From: Acidobacteriota bacterium
GTDB taxonomy: Bacteria > Acidobacteriota > UBA6911 > RPQK01 > JADFOI01
Length of the DNA stretch: 64,000 nt
Direction: 5' to 3'
NCBI GenBank assembly: GCA_963663035.1
Contig: OY760074.1
Location: 2,912,001-2,976,000, forward strand
The notes below the pieces were generated by a model. That model saw only the letters and a list, made by a program, of their open reading frames with translations, searched no databases and was not told the origin of the DNA. Below are positions 31,821-41,302 of this stretch, in pieces. The number at the start of each line of letters is the position of its first letter. The first letter of the stretch is position 1. The translations under genes and the position numbers were made by a program.

Positions 31821-33218
31821 TTGGCCTTAAAACTCCACAACACACTGACATCCGAACTTGAGGAACTGAAGCCTCTGGACGGGAAGACTGTCCGCATGTA
31901 TACGTGCGGGCCCACAGTCTATGATTTTGTCCACATCGGAAATTTCCGAACTTTTGTTTTTCAGGACCTCCTGCGACGCTACATCAAGTACAAGGGTTTT
32001 CCTCTTTTGCATGTCATGAACATTACCGATGTGGATGACAAGATTATCCAAAACGCAAGAGAAGCGGATGTGCCCATCTCGGAGTATACGACTCGCTACG
32101 TTGAGGCCTTCTTCAAAGACATGGAAACACTTCACATCCAGAAGCCCGATGTCACACCTTGTGCGACAGAACATATCGACGACATGGTGGAACTGGTTCT
32201 CAAGCTGCGCGAGAAGGGCCATACCTATGAAAGGGATGGCTCGATTTACTATCGGATCAGCACCTTTGGGGATTACGGGAAACTCTCCCGTGTGGATCTG
32301 TCCGACACCCAGCCAGAGGATCGCGTTGATGCCGACGAATATTCCAAGGAGAATCCTCGAGATTTTGTATTGTGGAAAGCCAGAAAAGAGGGTGAAGCCT
32401 ACTGGGATACACCGTTGGGACAGGGGCGCCCCGGGTGGCACCTGGAATGCTCCACCATGAGCATGAAATATCTGGGAGACAGTTTTGACATCCACTGCGG
32501 AGGAGTTGATCTGATCTTTCCACATCACGAGAATGAGATCGCTCAAAGTGAAGCAGCCACCAGCAAGCCCTTCGTGCGCCACTGGATCCACTCTGAATTC
32601 CTCCTGGTCGAGAGTAATAAAATGTCCAAATCCGAGGGCAACCAGTACACTCTGAAAGATCTCATAGAACGAGGCTGTGATCCCCTGGCCATCCGCTATC
32701 TTCTCCAGTCAGTCCACTATCGCAAGCAGTTGAATTTCACCTTTGCCGGGGTGGAACAGGCCCGCTCTGCGCTCCGCCGGATTCATGATTTCCTGTCGCG
32801 AGTGGGTGAGGTACCCGACGATCGGCCCGAAAACTCTGACCTGTCCCAGAGAGTGGCCCAGACTCGCAGCGACTTTCTCGCCGGGTTGGATGAAGATTTG
32901 AACACCTCACTTGCCCTGGGTGCTCTGTTTGAATTGATCAAAGACACCAACATCCTGTTGGAGCGTCAAGAAGTAGGAACGGTCAACCGAGAACAGATCC
33001 TCGCTCTTTTTGCCGATGCAAATCAGGTATTTGCTGTCTTTGAAACCGAAGAGAGCCAGAGTGAAGACCAGGAGATTGCGAAATTGATTCAAGATCGCGA
33101 GGAGGCCCGTCGGCAGCGTGATTTTCAACGAGCCGATGAACTCCGTGACCTGTTGGCTAGCCAAGGGATTATTCTGGAGGATACGAAGGCAGGAACACGA
33201 TGGAAAAGAGGCGGTTAA
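31821..33218 (+). CDS. cysS: Cysteine--tRNA ligase
   Basis: CGPTVY, HIGN, PGWHLEC, FPHHENE and KMSKS. Confidence 0.98.
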   Translation: MALKLHNTLTSELEELKPLDGKTVRMYTCGPTVYDFVHIGNFRTFVFQDLLRRYIKYKGFPLLHVMNITDVDDKIIQNAREADVPISEYTTRYVEAFFKDMETLHIQKPDVTPCATEHIDDMVELVLKLREKGHTYERDGSIYYRISTFGDYGKLSRVDLSDTQPEDRVDADEYSKENPRDFVLWKARKEGEAYWDTPLGQGRPGWHLECSTMSMKYLGDSFDIHCGGVDLIFPHHENEIAQSEAATSKPFVRHWIHSEFLLVESNKMSKSEGNQYTLKDLIERGCDPLAIRYLLQSVHYRKQLNFTFAGVEQARSALRRIHDFLSRVGEVPDDRPENSDLSQRVAQTRSDFLAGLDEDLNTSLALGALFELIKDTNILLERQEVGTVNREQILALFADANQVFAVFETEESQSEDQEIAKLIQDREEARRQRDFQRADELRDLLASQGIILEDTKAGTRWKRGG

Positions 33219-34531
33219 GAATCGAAGCTGCCCGAGTACACCCCTTGATAGCCGACTCTATGCCAATCGAGGTGCTCGATGTCGTAGTGGATTTCGAAAA
33301 GAGTCACGGCGCCCACCTTTACGATGCGAAAACGGATCAATTCTTCCTCGACTTTCTATCCTTTTTCGCCACCCTTCCCCTGGGGTTTAATCATCCCCGT
33401 TTGACCTCCCCGGAAGTGGTTGAAGAACTCGGTCGGGTCGCCATTCACAAGCCCTCCAACTCAGACATCTATTCGCGGGAAATGGCGGAGTTCCTGGATG
33501 TCTTCGCTCGCAATGCCAAGCCTGACTTCATGAAATATGCTTTCTTCATCGAAGGAGGAGCACAGGCTGTCGAAAACGCGCTGAAAACGGCTTTTGATTG
33601 GAAAGTGCGGAAAAACCTGGCCCGCGGCTCCAAGAAAGAACGAGGTTACAAAGTCATCCATTTCCAGGAGTCCTTTCATGGGCGCTCCGGTTACACGCTT
33701 TCTCTCACCAATACTTCCGATGTTCGAAAGACACAGTATTTCCCGAAGTTTGATTGGCCTCGCATCGTCAATCCCAAATGTATCTTTCCCCTGGAAGGTG
33801 AAAACCTCCAAAAGGTCGAGAAGATCGAAGCAAAGGCCTTAGCTCAGATTCAGACGTTGCTGGCCAAGGACTCCGAGGACATCTGTGCCCTGATCCTGGA
33901 GCCGATTCAGGGGGAAGGTGGAGACAACCACTTCCGACCTGAATTTCATGCGGAGCTGCGACGCATTTGTGACGAGAATGACATTCTGTTGATTTACGAC
34001 GAAGTCCAGACCGGTTTTGGTGCCACCGGCCGAATGTGGGCCTTTGAACATTACGTTCGCCCCGATATCCTGGCTTTCGGCAAGAAGTTTCAGGTTTGTG
34101 GAATCCTGACCAGTGACAGAGTGGATGAGGTTAGCAACAACGTCTTTCATGTCCCCAGCCGGATTAATTCCACGTGGGGCGGAAACTTGATTGATATGGT
34201 GCGCTGTCGGCTCTACCTGGAGATCTTCGAAGAAGAAAAGGTGTTGGAGCATACCCGCCGCATGGGAGAAGTTCTCCTTGCAGAACTGCGCCAACTGGAA
34301 GAGGAATTTCCCTCGAAGGTTTCCAACTCTCGGGGGATCGGCTTGTTCTGTGCTTTCGATCTTCCCGACGCGGAGTTCCGAACCCAGTTCCAACAAAAAC
34401 TCTTCGAGAATCGCCTGCTCATTCTGCCTTGTGGAGAGCACTCGATCCGCTTTCGAACCGCCCTGAATATCAGCCAAGAAGAACTCCTCAAAGGGCTCCG
34501 TATCATTCGCGAAGTCCTGCACGAATTGTAA
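33200..34531 (+). CDS. lat: L-lysine 6-aminotransferase (class III PLP enzyme)
   Basis: KPSNSD, VENALKTAFDWK, FHGRSGY, EPIQGEGGD, DEVQTG, FGKK and RINSTWGG. Confidence 0.92.
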   Translation: MEKRRLRIEAARVHPLIADSMPIEVLDVVVDFEKSHGAHLYDAKTDQFFLDFLSFFATLPLGFNHPRLTSPEVVEELGRVAIHKPSNSDIYSREMAEFLDVFARNAKPDFMKYAFFIEGGAQAVENALKTAFDWKVRKNLARGSKKERGYKVIHFQESFHGRSGYTLSLTNTSDVRKTQYFPKFDWPRIVNPKCIFPLEGENLQKVEKIEAKALAQIQTLLAKDSEDICALILEPIQGEGGDNHFRPEFHAELRRICDENDILLIYDEVQTGFGATGRMWAFEHYVRPDILAFGKKFQVCGILTSDRVDEVSNNVFHVPSRINSTWGGNLIDMVRCRLYLEIFEEEKVLEHTRRMGEVLLAELRQLEEEFPSKVSNSRGIGLFCAFDLPDAEFRTQFQQKLFENRLLILPCGEHSIRFRTALNISQEELLKGLRIIREVLHEL

Positions 34532-34549
34532 GCTCGGGGAGAAGTCTAG

Positions 34550-34740
34550 CCCGAATTATGCATAAAGTTTCTGCTACAGTGGCGCAATCATCCACGCTGA
34601 CGGCGTTGTGTTTCCTTGCGCTCCTCGACGTACTGCATGAGTACGTCTGCGGGGCGCGACCCGCAAGCGGGTACCCCTCACCCGCCTTGTCATCGCGGCG
34701 CTTGCGCCACTTCGCTACGAAAACCTATGCATAATTCGGG
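34550..34740 (-). mobile_element. Structured MITE-like element, type A, 191 bp
   Basis: Perfect TIR CCCGAATTATGCATA/TATGCATAATTCGGG, flanks CTAG/CTTC. Confidence 0.85.
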
Positions 34741-34743
34741 CTT

Positions 34744-35103
34744 CTAGGATTTGTAGTGGCGGAGAACGAACTCTCTCAGGTCCGCAGTTTCCACCGCAAT
34801 GACATCGATGCGGACTGGCGTTTCGGCAAGCTCATGCCGCAGGAGAAAATCAAAGGCTAACTCATCGAGTTTCTTCTCCTTTTTCCAGTCCACACTCTCC
34901 TCCGGTGGCCACGAGGTGGGAGAATGTCGGGTCTTCACTTCTACGAAGACCAGAGAGGGTCCATCATAGGCAATCAGATCAACCTCTCCCTGAGAGCCTT
35001 TCCAGTTTCTGGCGATGATGTCCCACCCTAACTGCCGGAGATGTTTTAAGGCAATCCACTCACCCCACCTCCCAAATTCTCTTGACGCACTCTGATGTGG
35101 CAT
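34744..35103 (-). CDS. yraN: YraN/UPF0102 family putative endonuclease
   Basis: GRWGE, ARNW, GEVDLIA, FVEVKTR and RIDVIAV. Start set at ATG 35103. Confidence 0.88.
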   Translation of the reverse strand: MPHQSASREFGRWGEWIALKHLRQLGWDIIARNWKGSQGEVDLIAYDGPSLVFVEVKTRHSPTSWPPEESVDWKKEKKLDELAFDFLLRHELAETPVRIDVIAVETADLREFVLRHYKS

Positions 35104-35223
35104 TTCCCTCCTGCCAACTAATACGTTCAAGAGTATGAAAACTACGAGATTGACTGACCGGGGAGGGGGTGGGGCCACGTTGACAATCAGAGAAGGTGAT
35201 TTTATGATAATTTCAGTCATAGA

Positions 35224-35298
<75 letters not shown>

Positions 35299-35306
35299 TT
35301 CTTTTT

Positions 35307-36604
35307 TGGTGCATTCCGGACACATAGGTTACAGTTTATTCCGAAGACATAGGTAACACCTTTGCACCAAAAGGGTTATTTATAGGTTCAAACCTTCTAC
35401 TGTCTTCGTCAAAGTAACCGAGGTCGTATTCCATAAACGACACCAGCCAAATTTTCTCTTTGACCTCTTTGATTCCAACATCTTGACCAGCAAACACCGT
35501 GCTGAAGTTGATCTTTTGACTTTTCATACAGATTCTGCCGCAGCTGGTGACGGTCACGGTGCGATCGTGCATGGGGTACTCGACGCGCCCGATTCCTCGG
35601 TAGGGACAAGATGCGGGAGTATAGACCTCGGACGGAAACTTCATGCCCAGGGCCTCATGAGGTCTCTCAGTATTGTATTCCGCCTGAAAGGCATTAAACC
35701 TCTCTTGCTGCTGAAGAAGGTTGTGGGCAGCGGGAACGACTGTGGCCTTCTTGAGGGTGAGATGAAGGCGCTCATGCCTTCCGTTCTGCTCGGGATGGCC
35801 GGGCTTGATCCTCTCGATTCGGATTCCTAGCCTAAGCCACCAGACGGCCAGTCGACTGAGTCCAAACAATCCGTTGGGTGATGCAAAAGGGACTCCGTTG
35901 TCCGTGCGGATCGCTTCCGGCAAACCTAACTCTTGAAAGGTTCTCTCGAATACGGGGAAAGCACCTCTTTCCTTAACACTGTCGAGAGCCTCGATGGCGA
36001 GCAGATAACGGCTGGCGTGATCGCTCACGGTGAGAGGATAACAGTACCGTTTGTCTCCCAGCATGAACTCTCCTTTGAAGTCGGCAGACCAAAGGTCATT
36101 GGGATTCTGGCTGCTGGACAATCGAGTCCCCTCTGCCTTGAACCGTCGCCGTTTTCTACAGTTCACCAGGCCGTTGCGATCCAGAACCGCGTGAACTGTG
36201 CTCACCGCAGGCGGCCGTACATTCGGAAACCTACGAATCAGGAGCGCCCGAATCTTGGGAGCTCCCCAATACGGCTTCTCTCGCTTTAGCCTGACCAGGG
36301 TCCGTTCCACCTGTTCGGGCAGTTGGTTTCCGTAACGATGCGGCTTGCGGCTCCGATCCACCAGGGCGTAAGCGCCGGTGTTTTGATAGCGGTTCCAAAT
36401 CTTGTAGCCCGTCTTTCTGGATATCCCAAACTCCTCACACAGACGGCTCATGGACTCCCCATCCAACAGCTTCGCTATAAATCTCATTCTCTCGTCCATC
36501 ACACAGATCTCCTTCCATGGCATCTCTGGGCACCTCCCAGAAGAAGCCTATAAGTGTTACCCATGTGTCCGGTATAATTTGTTACCCATCTTTCGGAATG
36601 GGCA
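35307..36604 (-). mobile_element. IS481-family insertion sequence
   Basis: Both ends carry two copies of a CCGRAVAYATRGGTWACA-like binding repeat and TG..CA termini. T-rich flanks; exact left end is uncertain by about 3 bp. Confidence 0.85.
35336..36523 (-). CDS. IS481-family transposase (rve DDE integrase core)
   Basis: MPWKE, FGISRKTGYK HTH, WSADFKG, RTDNG and PEQNGRHER. Confidence 0.95.
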   Translation of the reverse strand: MPWKEICVMDERMRFIAKLLDGESMSRLCEEFGISRKTGYKIWNRYQNTGAYALVDRSRKPHRYGNQLPEQVERTLVRLKREKPYWGAPKIRALLIRRFPNVRPPAVSTVHAVLDRNGLVNCRKRRRFKAEGTRLSSSQNPNDLWSADFKGEFMLGDKRYCYPLTVSDHASRYLLAIEALDSVKERGAFPVFERTFQELGLPEAIRTDNGVPFASPNGLFGLSRLAVWWLRLGIRIERIKPGHPEQNGRHERLHLTLKKATVVPAAHNLLQQQERFNAFQAEYNTERPHEALGMKFPSEVYTPASCPYRGIGRVEYPMHDRTVTVTSCGRICMKSQKINFSTVFAGQDVGIKEVKEKIWLVSFMEYDLGYFDEDSRRFEPINNPFGAKVLPMSSE

Positions 36605-36635
36605 TTTTTTACTTCTCAGCGGAAAGGGGTGGGGT

Positions 36636-36911
36636 ATGAAGCTCAATATTAAGGCACTGTCTCTGACTGTCGCAATCGTGTGGGGAGGCAGCATTCTACT
36701 GATTGGTTTGGGCAACTTGATGGCTAACACCTACGGAGGGGCCTTCCTGGAAGTGGTTGCTTCGATTTATCCAGGATACCAGGCCACCTCCTCCTTTGGG
36801 GACGTCATCGTGGGGACACTTTACGGTCTGGTGGATGGATTGATCGGTGGTCTGCTCATCGGGTGGGTGTACAATAAGCTGGTCCCGGAGAGTTCAGTGT
36901 CATCAGCCTAG
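36636..36911 (+). CDS. Small two-TM membrane protein (YPGY motif, holin-like family)
   Basis: MKLNIKALSLTVAIVWGG..SIYPGY..GLVDGLIGGLLIGWVYN. Its TAG stop is part of the IS1380 target CTAG. Confidence 0.75.
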   Translation: MKLNIKALSLTVAIVWGGSILLIGLGNLMANTYGGAFLEVVASIYPGYQATSSFGDVIVGTLYGLVDGLIGGLLIGWVYNKLVPESSVSSA

Positions 36912-38550
36912 CCGCAATTATTCATAAGTTTGGGGTGAGTGTCGATTTTCTGCGGAAGTTCAGGGCTGAGAGTGTGTTCAGGTGCGATTACAAGGCGTCC
37001 AAGCTTGTTGAGCCGAATAGAGATGAAGCGAGAGCCCCTTCCGGAAACAGCTCGGCCCGCAGGGGGCTGTATATCTGTGTTGGCGCAGGGAGTCAGGGGA
37101 CCGTCAGGTGGGACACAGACGGTGCATCAGTAATGCGAAGAGCTTTTGTTCGGGATAAGACGATGCCAGGTGCACCCAGATGCGACGAGAAGTTTCCCGA
37201 ACCCGGGCACCGATTTTGAACAGGCGGCGGCGGAGCGTCTCAATCTCCAGGTTGTGCCAGGGAGTCCCGCACAGGTAATCCCGCAGGCGCAGGATTAAGA
37301 CATAGGCCAGGGCGTGGATGAAGAGTCGGAACTGGTTGGCCAGGAAACGGTGGCAGCTCAAGCGATCCATGGCCAGATCTTTTTTGAAAGCTTTCACGAA
37401 GTTCTCGCACTGGCCCCGTCCGATGTAGTGGTCATACAGCTGCCCGGCCGTGAGATCCTGGCGGTTGGTGACCACAAAGCGACGGTTGAACCCGCGCTCG
37501 CTCACTTCCACCTTGGCCACCATGCGCCGCTCCCGGTCCCAACTGTCGGCCTGATAGACGAGCTCGGTGAACTGGCGTTGCTTTTCTCCTGAGTCGTCAT
37601 AGTCTGCTTGCACCTGCTCAACCAAGGGCTCGACGGTGGCCGCCAGCCGGGAGTTGCGGGCAAAGCCCACCACATACTGCAGTTTTTCCTCCTCACAGAA
37701 CTCGTACAGTGCCGGCGTCGCAAAGCCACTGTCGGCTCGCACTTCGATCGGAACATCGGATCCCAGAACCTGGCGCATCCGGGCCACCACCCGTTTGAGA
37801 ACCGCCACCGCGTGGGCGGCCGCCCCCTGGTTGCCGGGCCGCAGTAGCGCACATACCAGATCGCCCGTCTCGCCATCGAATAGCAACAGCGGATGATACA
37901 TGTGCTCGCGATAATAGCCGTGGTAAAAGCTGAACTCCTGCTGCCCATGCGTGACGTCATCCGTGCTGTCGATGTCCAGGATGATCTTCTCGGGCCGGCT
38001 CTTCTTGCGGTGCTTCAAGTAGGTCTCCAGCAGCCACTGTCCCAGGCGAGTGAGATCCTTCGAGTCCACCGAGTTCTCCAGTCGCGACAGCGTGGGTTGA
38101 GAAGCCAGATCCGGATCGCTTTCCGGCAGCCGATCACACACGGTCTTGAAGATGGGATCCGAGCGCAAGCTGTCGGCATCGTTGCAGTCCTCATAGCCGG
38201 CCACGATCTGAAAGCTGCGCTGGGTGAGCAGTTCGCGAATCTGGTGGCGGACGTAGCGGCTATCTCGAGCGTCCTTCAGGCAGGAGGCAAAGCCAGCCGT
38301 CAGTCCGTGCTGTTGATCCAGGGCGTACAGACACAGCAGCCCGGCATCGGAGGAGAGCCGGCCTCCATCGAATCGAGCCACCACTTTTCTGTCAGGGTGA
38401 GATGGCAAGTTGATCTGGCAGACTGATGCATCGCTGGGTCGTACCTTTTTGGTTTGGAGTTGTTTCATAACCCCTTTTATATCAAAGAGGTACGGCATCT
38501 TTTTGTGCCCTCGATCAGACCCCTTCTTCAGAATTTATGAATAATCCGGG
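36912..38550 (-). mobile_element. IS1380-family element, copy 1 (1639 bp)
   Basis: IRs CCCGGATTATTCATAAATT / CCGCAATTATTCATAAGTT, with a CTAG duplication on both sides. Confidence 0.95.
37104..38498 (-). CDS. IS1380-family transposase
   Basis: FDGGRLSSDAG, GYEDCND, LASQPTLSRLEN, LDIDST, RADSGF and RGQCEN. Confidence 0.95.
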   Translation of the reverse strand: MPYLFDIKGVMKQLQTKKVRPSDASVCQINLPSHPDRKVVARFDGGRLSSDAGLLCLYALDQQHGLTAGFASCLKDARDSRYVRHQIRELLTQRSFQIVAGYEDCNDADSLRSDPIFKTVCDRLPESDPDLASQPTLSRLENSVDSKDLTRLGQWLLETYLKHRKKSRPEKIILDIDSTDDVTHGQQEFSFYHGYYREHMYHPLLLFDGETGDLVCALLRPGNQGAAAHAVAVLKRVVARMRQVLGSDVPIEVRADSGFATPALYEFCEEEKLQYVVGFARNSRLAATVEPLVEQVQADYDDSGEKQRQFTELVYQADSWDRERRMVAKVEVSERGFNRRFVVTNRQDLTAGQLYDHYIGRGQCENFVKAFKKDLAMDRLSCHRFLANQFRLFIHALAYVLILRLRDYLCGTPWHNLEIETLRRRLFKIGARVRETSRRIWVHLASSYPEQKLFALLMHRLCPT

Positions 38551-38579
38551 CTAGGGCGGGCATCCAGGCGGCGCAGAGG

Positions 38580-39619
38580 TCAGCTGCCTTTGCAGTCCGT
38601 TTCGAGCCTCTTCAGGTCAGGAGTTCTTCCGATGACCACCAGAGTGTCGTTGGTCGCAAGCTTTGTGGAGGCTTCCGGATTGAAAGCCATTTCTCCGTTT
38701 GCCTGTTTAATAGCCACGACGACCACGCCGTAGCGGCTTCTAATTTCAGACTTGGCAAGGGTGAGATTCTGAAGGCGTGATCCCTCGCAAGCCGTGATTT
38801 CCTCCATGCTGAGTTGAAGATGTTCGCGATGGGTGACCAGCTCCAAAAAGTCGCCGACGGTGGGCTTGGTGGCAGCATCAAGAATACGCGCATAGGCTGT
38901 CTTATAAAGGGAGATCACCCTATCTGCTCCGCTTCGCTCGAGTCTTCGTTCGGCCTTCTCATCAGAAGCTCTGGCAATCACCGTAACCTCGGGATTCAGC
39001 TCCTTGGCAGTGATAGTCAGGTACAAGTTGTCCGCGTCGGAGCCAAGCAGGGCCAGAACCACCTTTGCCCTCTCGATGCCCGCTGCCATCAGCACCGATT
39101 CATCGGTAGGGTCACCGATGACGTAGAGTTGCTGAGCAGTCTGCATTTCTGTCTCTCGATCGAGATCACTCTCTACGATGCACAACGGGTAGCCTTCCTT
39201 CTCCAGGTCTTTAGCGACGGGCTTTCCGAGCCTGCCCAGGCCACAGAGACGATATAATGATCCTTTAAGTTCGCTACGTCCTTATTCATCCTTTTCCTTC
39301 CCATCACACCCTGAAGTTCGCCCTCCAGAAGAACCTGGCCCAATCTCGTGAAAGTGTAAATGGCCGTTCCGATACCGGTAACGATCAAGAAACTTGCGAA
39401 CACTCGACCCTCATAAGACAGTGGGTGTGTTTCGCCAAAGCCGACTGTAGAAATAGTGATGATGGTCATGTAAAAAGAGTCAAAGAATGACCAACCCTCA
39501 ATCAGGTTGAAGCCCAAGGTACCCAATATTGTCCAAAAGCCCAGTAGGGCGACCCCCAGCACAACGCTGGTTTGTTGTCTTCTTAAAGGAACCGGCAGGT
39601 AAGCCTTCTGTCCTGTCAT
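38580..39619 (-). pseudogene. Potassium channel with TrkA-N/TrkA-C (RCK) domains, frameshifted
   Basis: TISTVGFGE filter. Removing 2 nt at GTCTCTGT (about 39245) restores IVCGLGRLG and joins the frame of the 38580-39185 ORF. Confidence 0.85.
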
Positions 39620-39829
39620 AAGGGGCTTAACACCATTAGTGGATTCTAGCCCTTTTGCCAATGGAGGGGAACCAGCGGCTCCCAGGGGAGCGTTCTTTCT
39701 TTCACTGTCGGACTTTCAACATCTCTCTGTTCGGATAGACCAATTTGTCACAGCATGTGGATAGAATTGGGCATACTATTTAAAATGCACCAGCAGAAAA
39801 AGCTGTGAAACCACGCCAAAACTGAGTCC

Positions 39830-39967
39830 ATGAGGGGGAGCTTGCGGAGGAACAGGCCTGGGAAGCGGCTCAACAAAAAAGGAAGGGCGAGGCAGACGTT
39901 CATCCTTCTTCTTATGATTATCTCAGTGGTCATTGTGGCCCTGTTGATAGCACGTTTCCCTGTCTGA
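39830..39967 (+). CDS. Possible small membrane protein (45 aa)
   Basis: MRGSLRRNRPGKRLNKKGRARQTFILLLMIISVVIVALLIARFPV: basic N-terminus plus one TM helix. Confidence 0.45.
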   Translation: MRGSLRRNRPGKRLNKKGRARQTFILLLMIISVVIVALLIARFPV

Positions 39968-39982
39968 TTCAGAGCCAGGATT

Positions 39983-40270
39983 ATGGAAGACCGCAGACGA
40001 AATGAGGCCGCCATAGCTGAGAGGGTCCGTGAGTTGGCACAAAGCTATTGCATCCAGGTCGAACAGGTGTCTTATAGTCCCGTCGACAATCCGCTCAACC
40101 AGGAAACCGAACTGACTGTCTCATTTGATGTGGGTAACAGAAAGCGACCAGGTGAGATTAAGATTCCCGTAAAGGATGTTGATGACTATCAAAGTGGCTC
40201 TGATGCGAGAATGCGGTTGGACAGAAAGATAGAGTCTGTCTTGGGCACCATCGACTCCCGCTCGGGCTAG
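39983..40270 (+). CDS. Hypothetical protein (95 aa)
   Basis: ORF with AGGA upstream and plausible composition; no recognised motif. Confidence 0.55.
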   Translation: MEDRRRNEAAIAERVRELAQSYCIQVEQVSYSPVDNPLNQETELTVSFDVGNRKRPGEIKIPVKDVDDYQSGSDARMRLDRKIESVLGTIDSRSG

Positions 40271-40416
40271 CCGGGATCATGCATAGATTTTCGTGACAAA
40301 GTGCCGCAGGCGGCGCGATGACAAGGAGCCCAAGGGGTACCCGCTTTGCGGGTCGCACAACGCAGTCAGCGTGGATGATTGCGGCACTGCAGTAGAAAAT
40401 TTATGCATGATCCCGG
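40271..40416 (+). mobile_element. Structured MITE-like element, type A, 146 bp
   Basis: Perfect TIR CCGGGATCATGCATA/TATGCATGATCCCGG with a CTAG duplication. Confidence 0.9.
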
Positions 40417-40457
40417 CTAGAAAAACACATGAGGATTCCTGGCCTGGGCGTTCTTGC

Positions 40458-40577
40458 TTAGACCCGTCGCTCCGGCGGGAAGATCAGAGGCTGGTCAATG
40501 GGGCACCAAGCCATCAGTAAGGCCGCACTGACTAACAAGAGAATCATCAGAACAATGATCAGCGTTTTTTGGTTCAC
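40458..40577 (-). CDS. Possible small membrane peptide (39 aa)
   Basis: MNQKTLIIVLMILLLVSAALLMAWCPIDQPLIFPPERRV from a GTG start. Confidence 0.4.
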   Translation of the reverse strand: MNQKTLIIVLMILLLVSAALLMAWCPIDQPLIFPPERRV

Positions 40578-40618
40578 TGCTCTTCTTCAGGGTAGAACGA
40601 TTCGCCAGTTAACGCGTA

Positions 40619-41065
40619 CTACTCTGAAGCTTCCTTCCACTTGAGTGTCCACTGCCCTGAGGACCAGACCGGTACCAGGTCAGTCGGGGAGACAGAGTCA
40701 TCCTCGGTCTGAACGCTGACCCACCTTCCTGCGAACCACCTGGAACTGCGTCCAGACTTTATCCGCTGGCCAGGCATTCTAACCACCTTGAAACCGCGGG
40801 AAACATTGCGGGGACGCCAGTGGAAAAATTGAAAATTGAGAACGAACCCATGAGGAGAATGGAGAGATGCCTGGAGATGGAATAGCTGATGGTGAAGCTG
40901 TTGATGGAGATGAAAGAGTTGATGATGGCCTTGCAAATGGGCTAAGTCGAGCTGTTGAGGCTGCACCTTAGGGACAATCTTGTAGCGGCGGACTTCTCCC
41001 AAGAGCCACACCGACGTTCCCAGGTATAAGAAGAATAAGACTAGAATCGCCTTTTGGATCATCAT
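40619..41065 (-). CDS. Hypothetical exported or membrane-anchored protein with a His-rich repeat
   Basis: SD GGGAGG, hydrophobic N-terminus, HHQLFHLHQQLHHQLFHL. Confidence 0.55.
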   Translation of the reverse strand: MMIQKAILVLFFLYLGTSVWLLGEVRRYKIVPKVQPQQLDLAHLQGHHQLFHLHQQLHHQLFHLQASLHSPHGFVLNFQFFHWRPRNVSRGFKVVRMPGQRIKSGRSSRWFAGRWVSVQTEDDSVSPTDLVPVWSSGQWTLKWKEASE

Positions 41066-41249
41066 TACCTCCCTGCTACTTTAGATTTGTACCTAGTATA
41101 CTCCCTCTACCGCAATGGAGCGAGTGAGTGAAATCCCCCACTCACTGGGACCTTTGCCCTTATTCTAGCTCTCCTCACCCTTGCCTCTCCTGGCCCTGAA
41201 TAGCGGTAAGTTGCTTTTCAATCAGTGAGTTGCACGAGATGCGGGAGAA

Positions 41250-41265
41250 CGGCACGGAAATTGCT
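41250..41265 (+). promoter_or_regulatory. Sigma54 -24/-12 promoter
   Basis: CGGCACGGAAATTGCT matches YGGCACG-N4-TTGCW. An IHF-like AATCAGTGAGTTG lies at 41220-41232. Confidence 0.65.
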
Positions 41266-41302
41266 ATCTAAGAGAGCAGGGTGGGTAGGGACAAGTGCCT
41301 AG

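Noticed and set aside
36636-36911. Holin indicating a prophage
   Set aside because: No endolysin or other phage genes nearby; kept as a generic small membrane protein.
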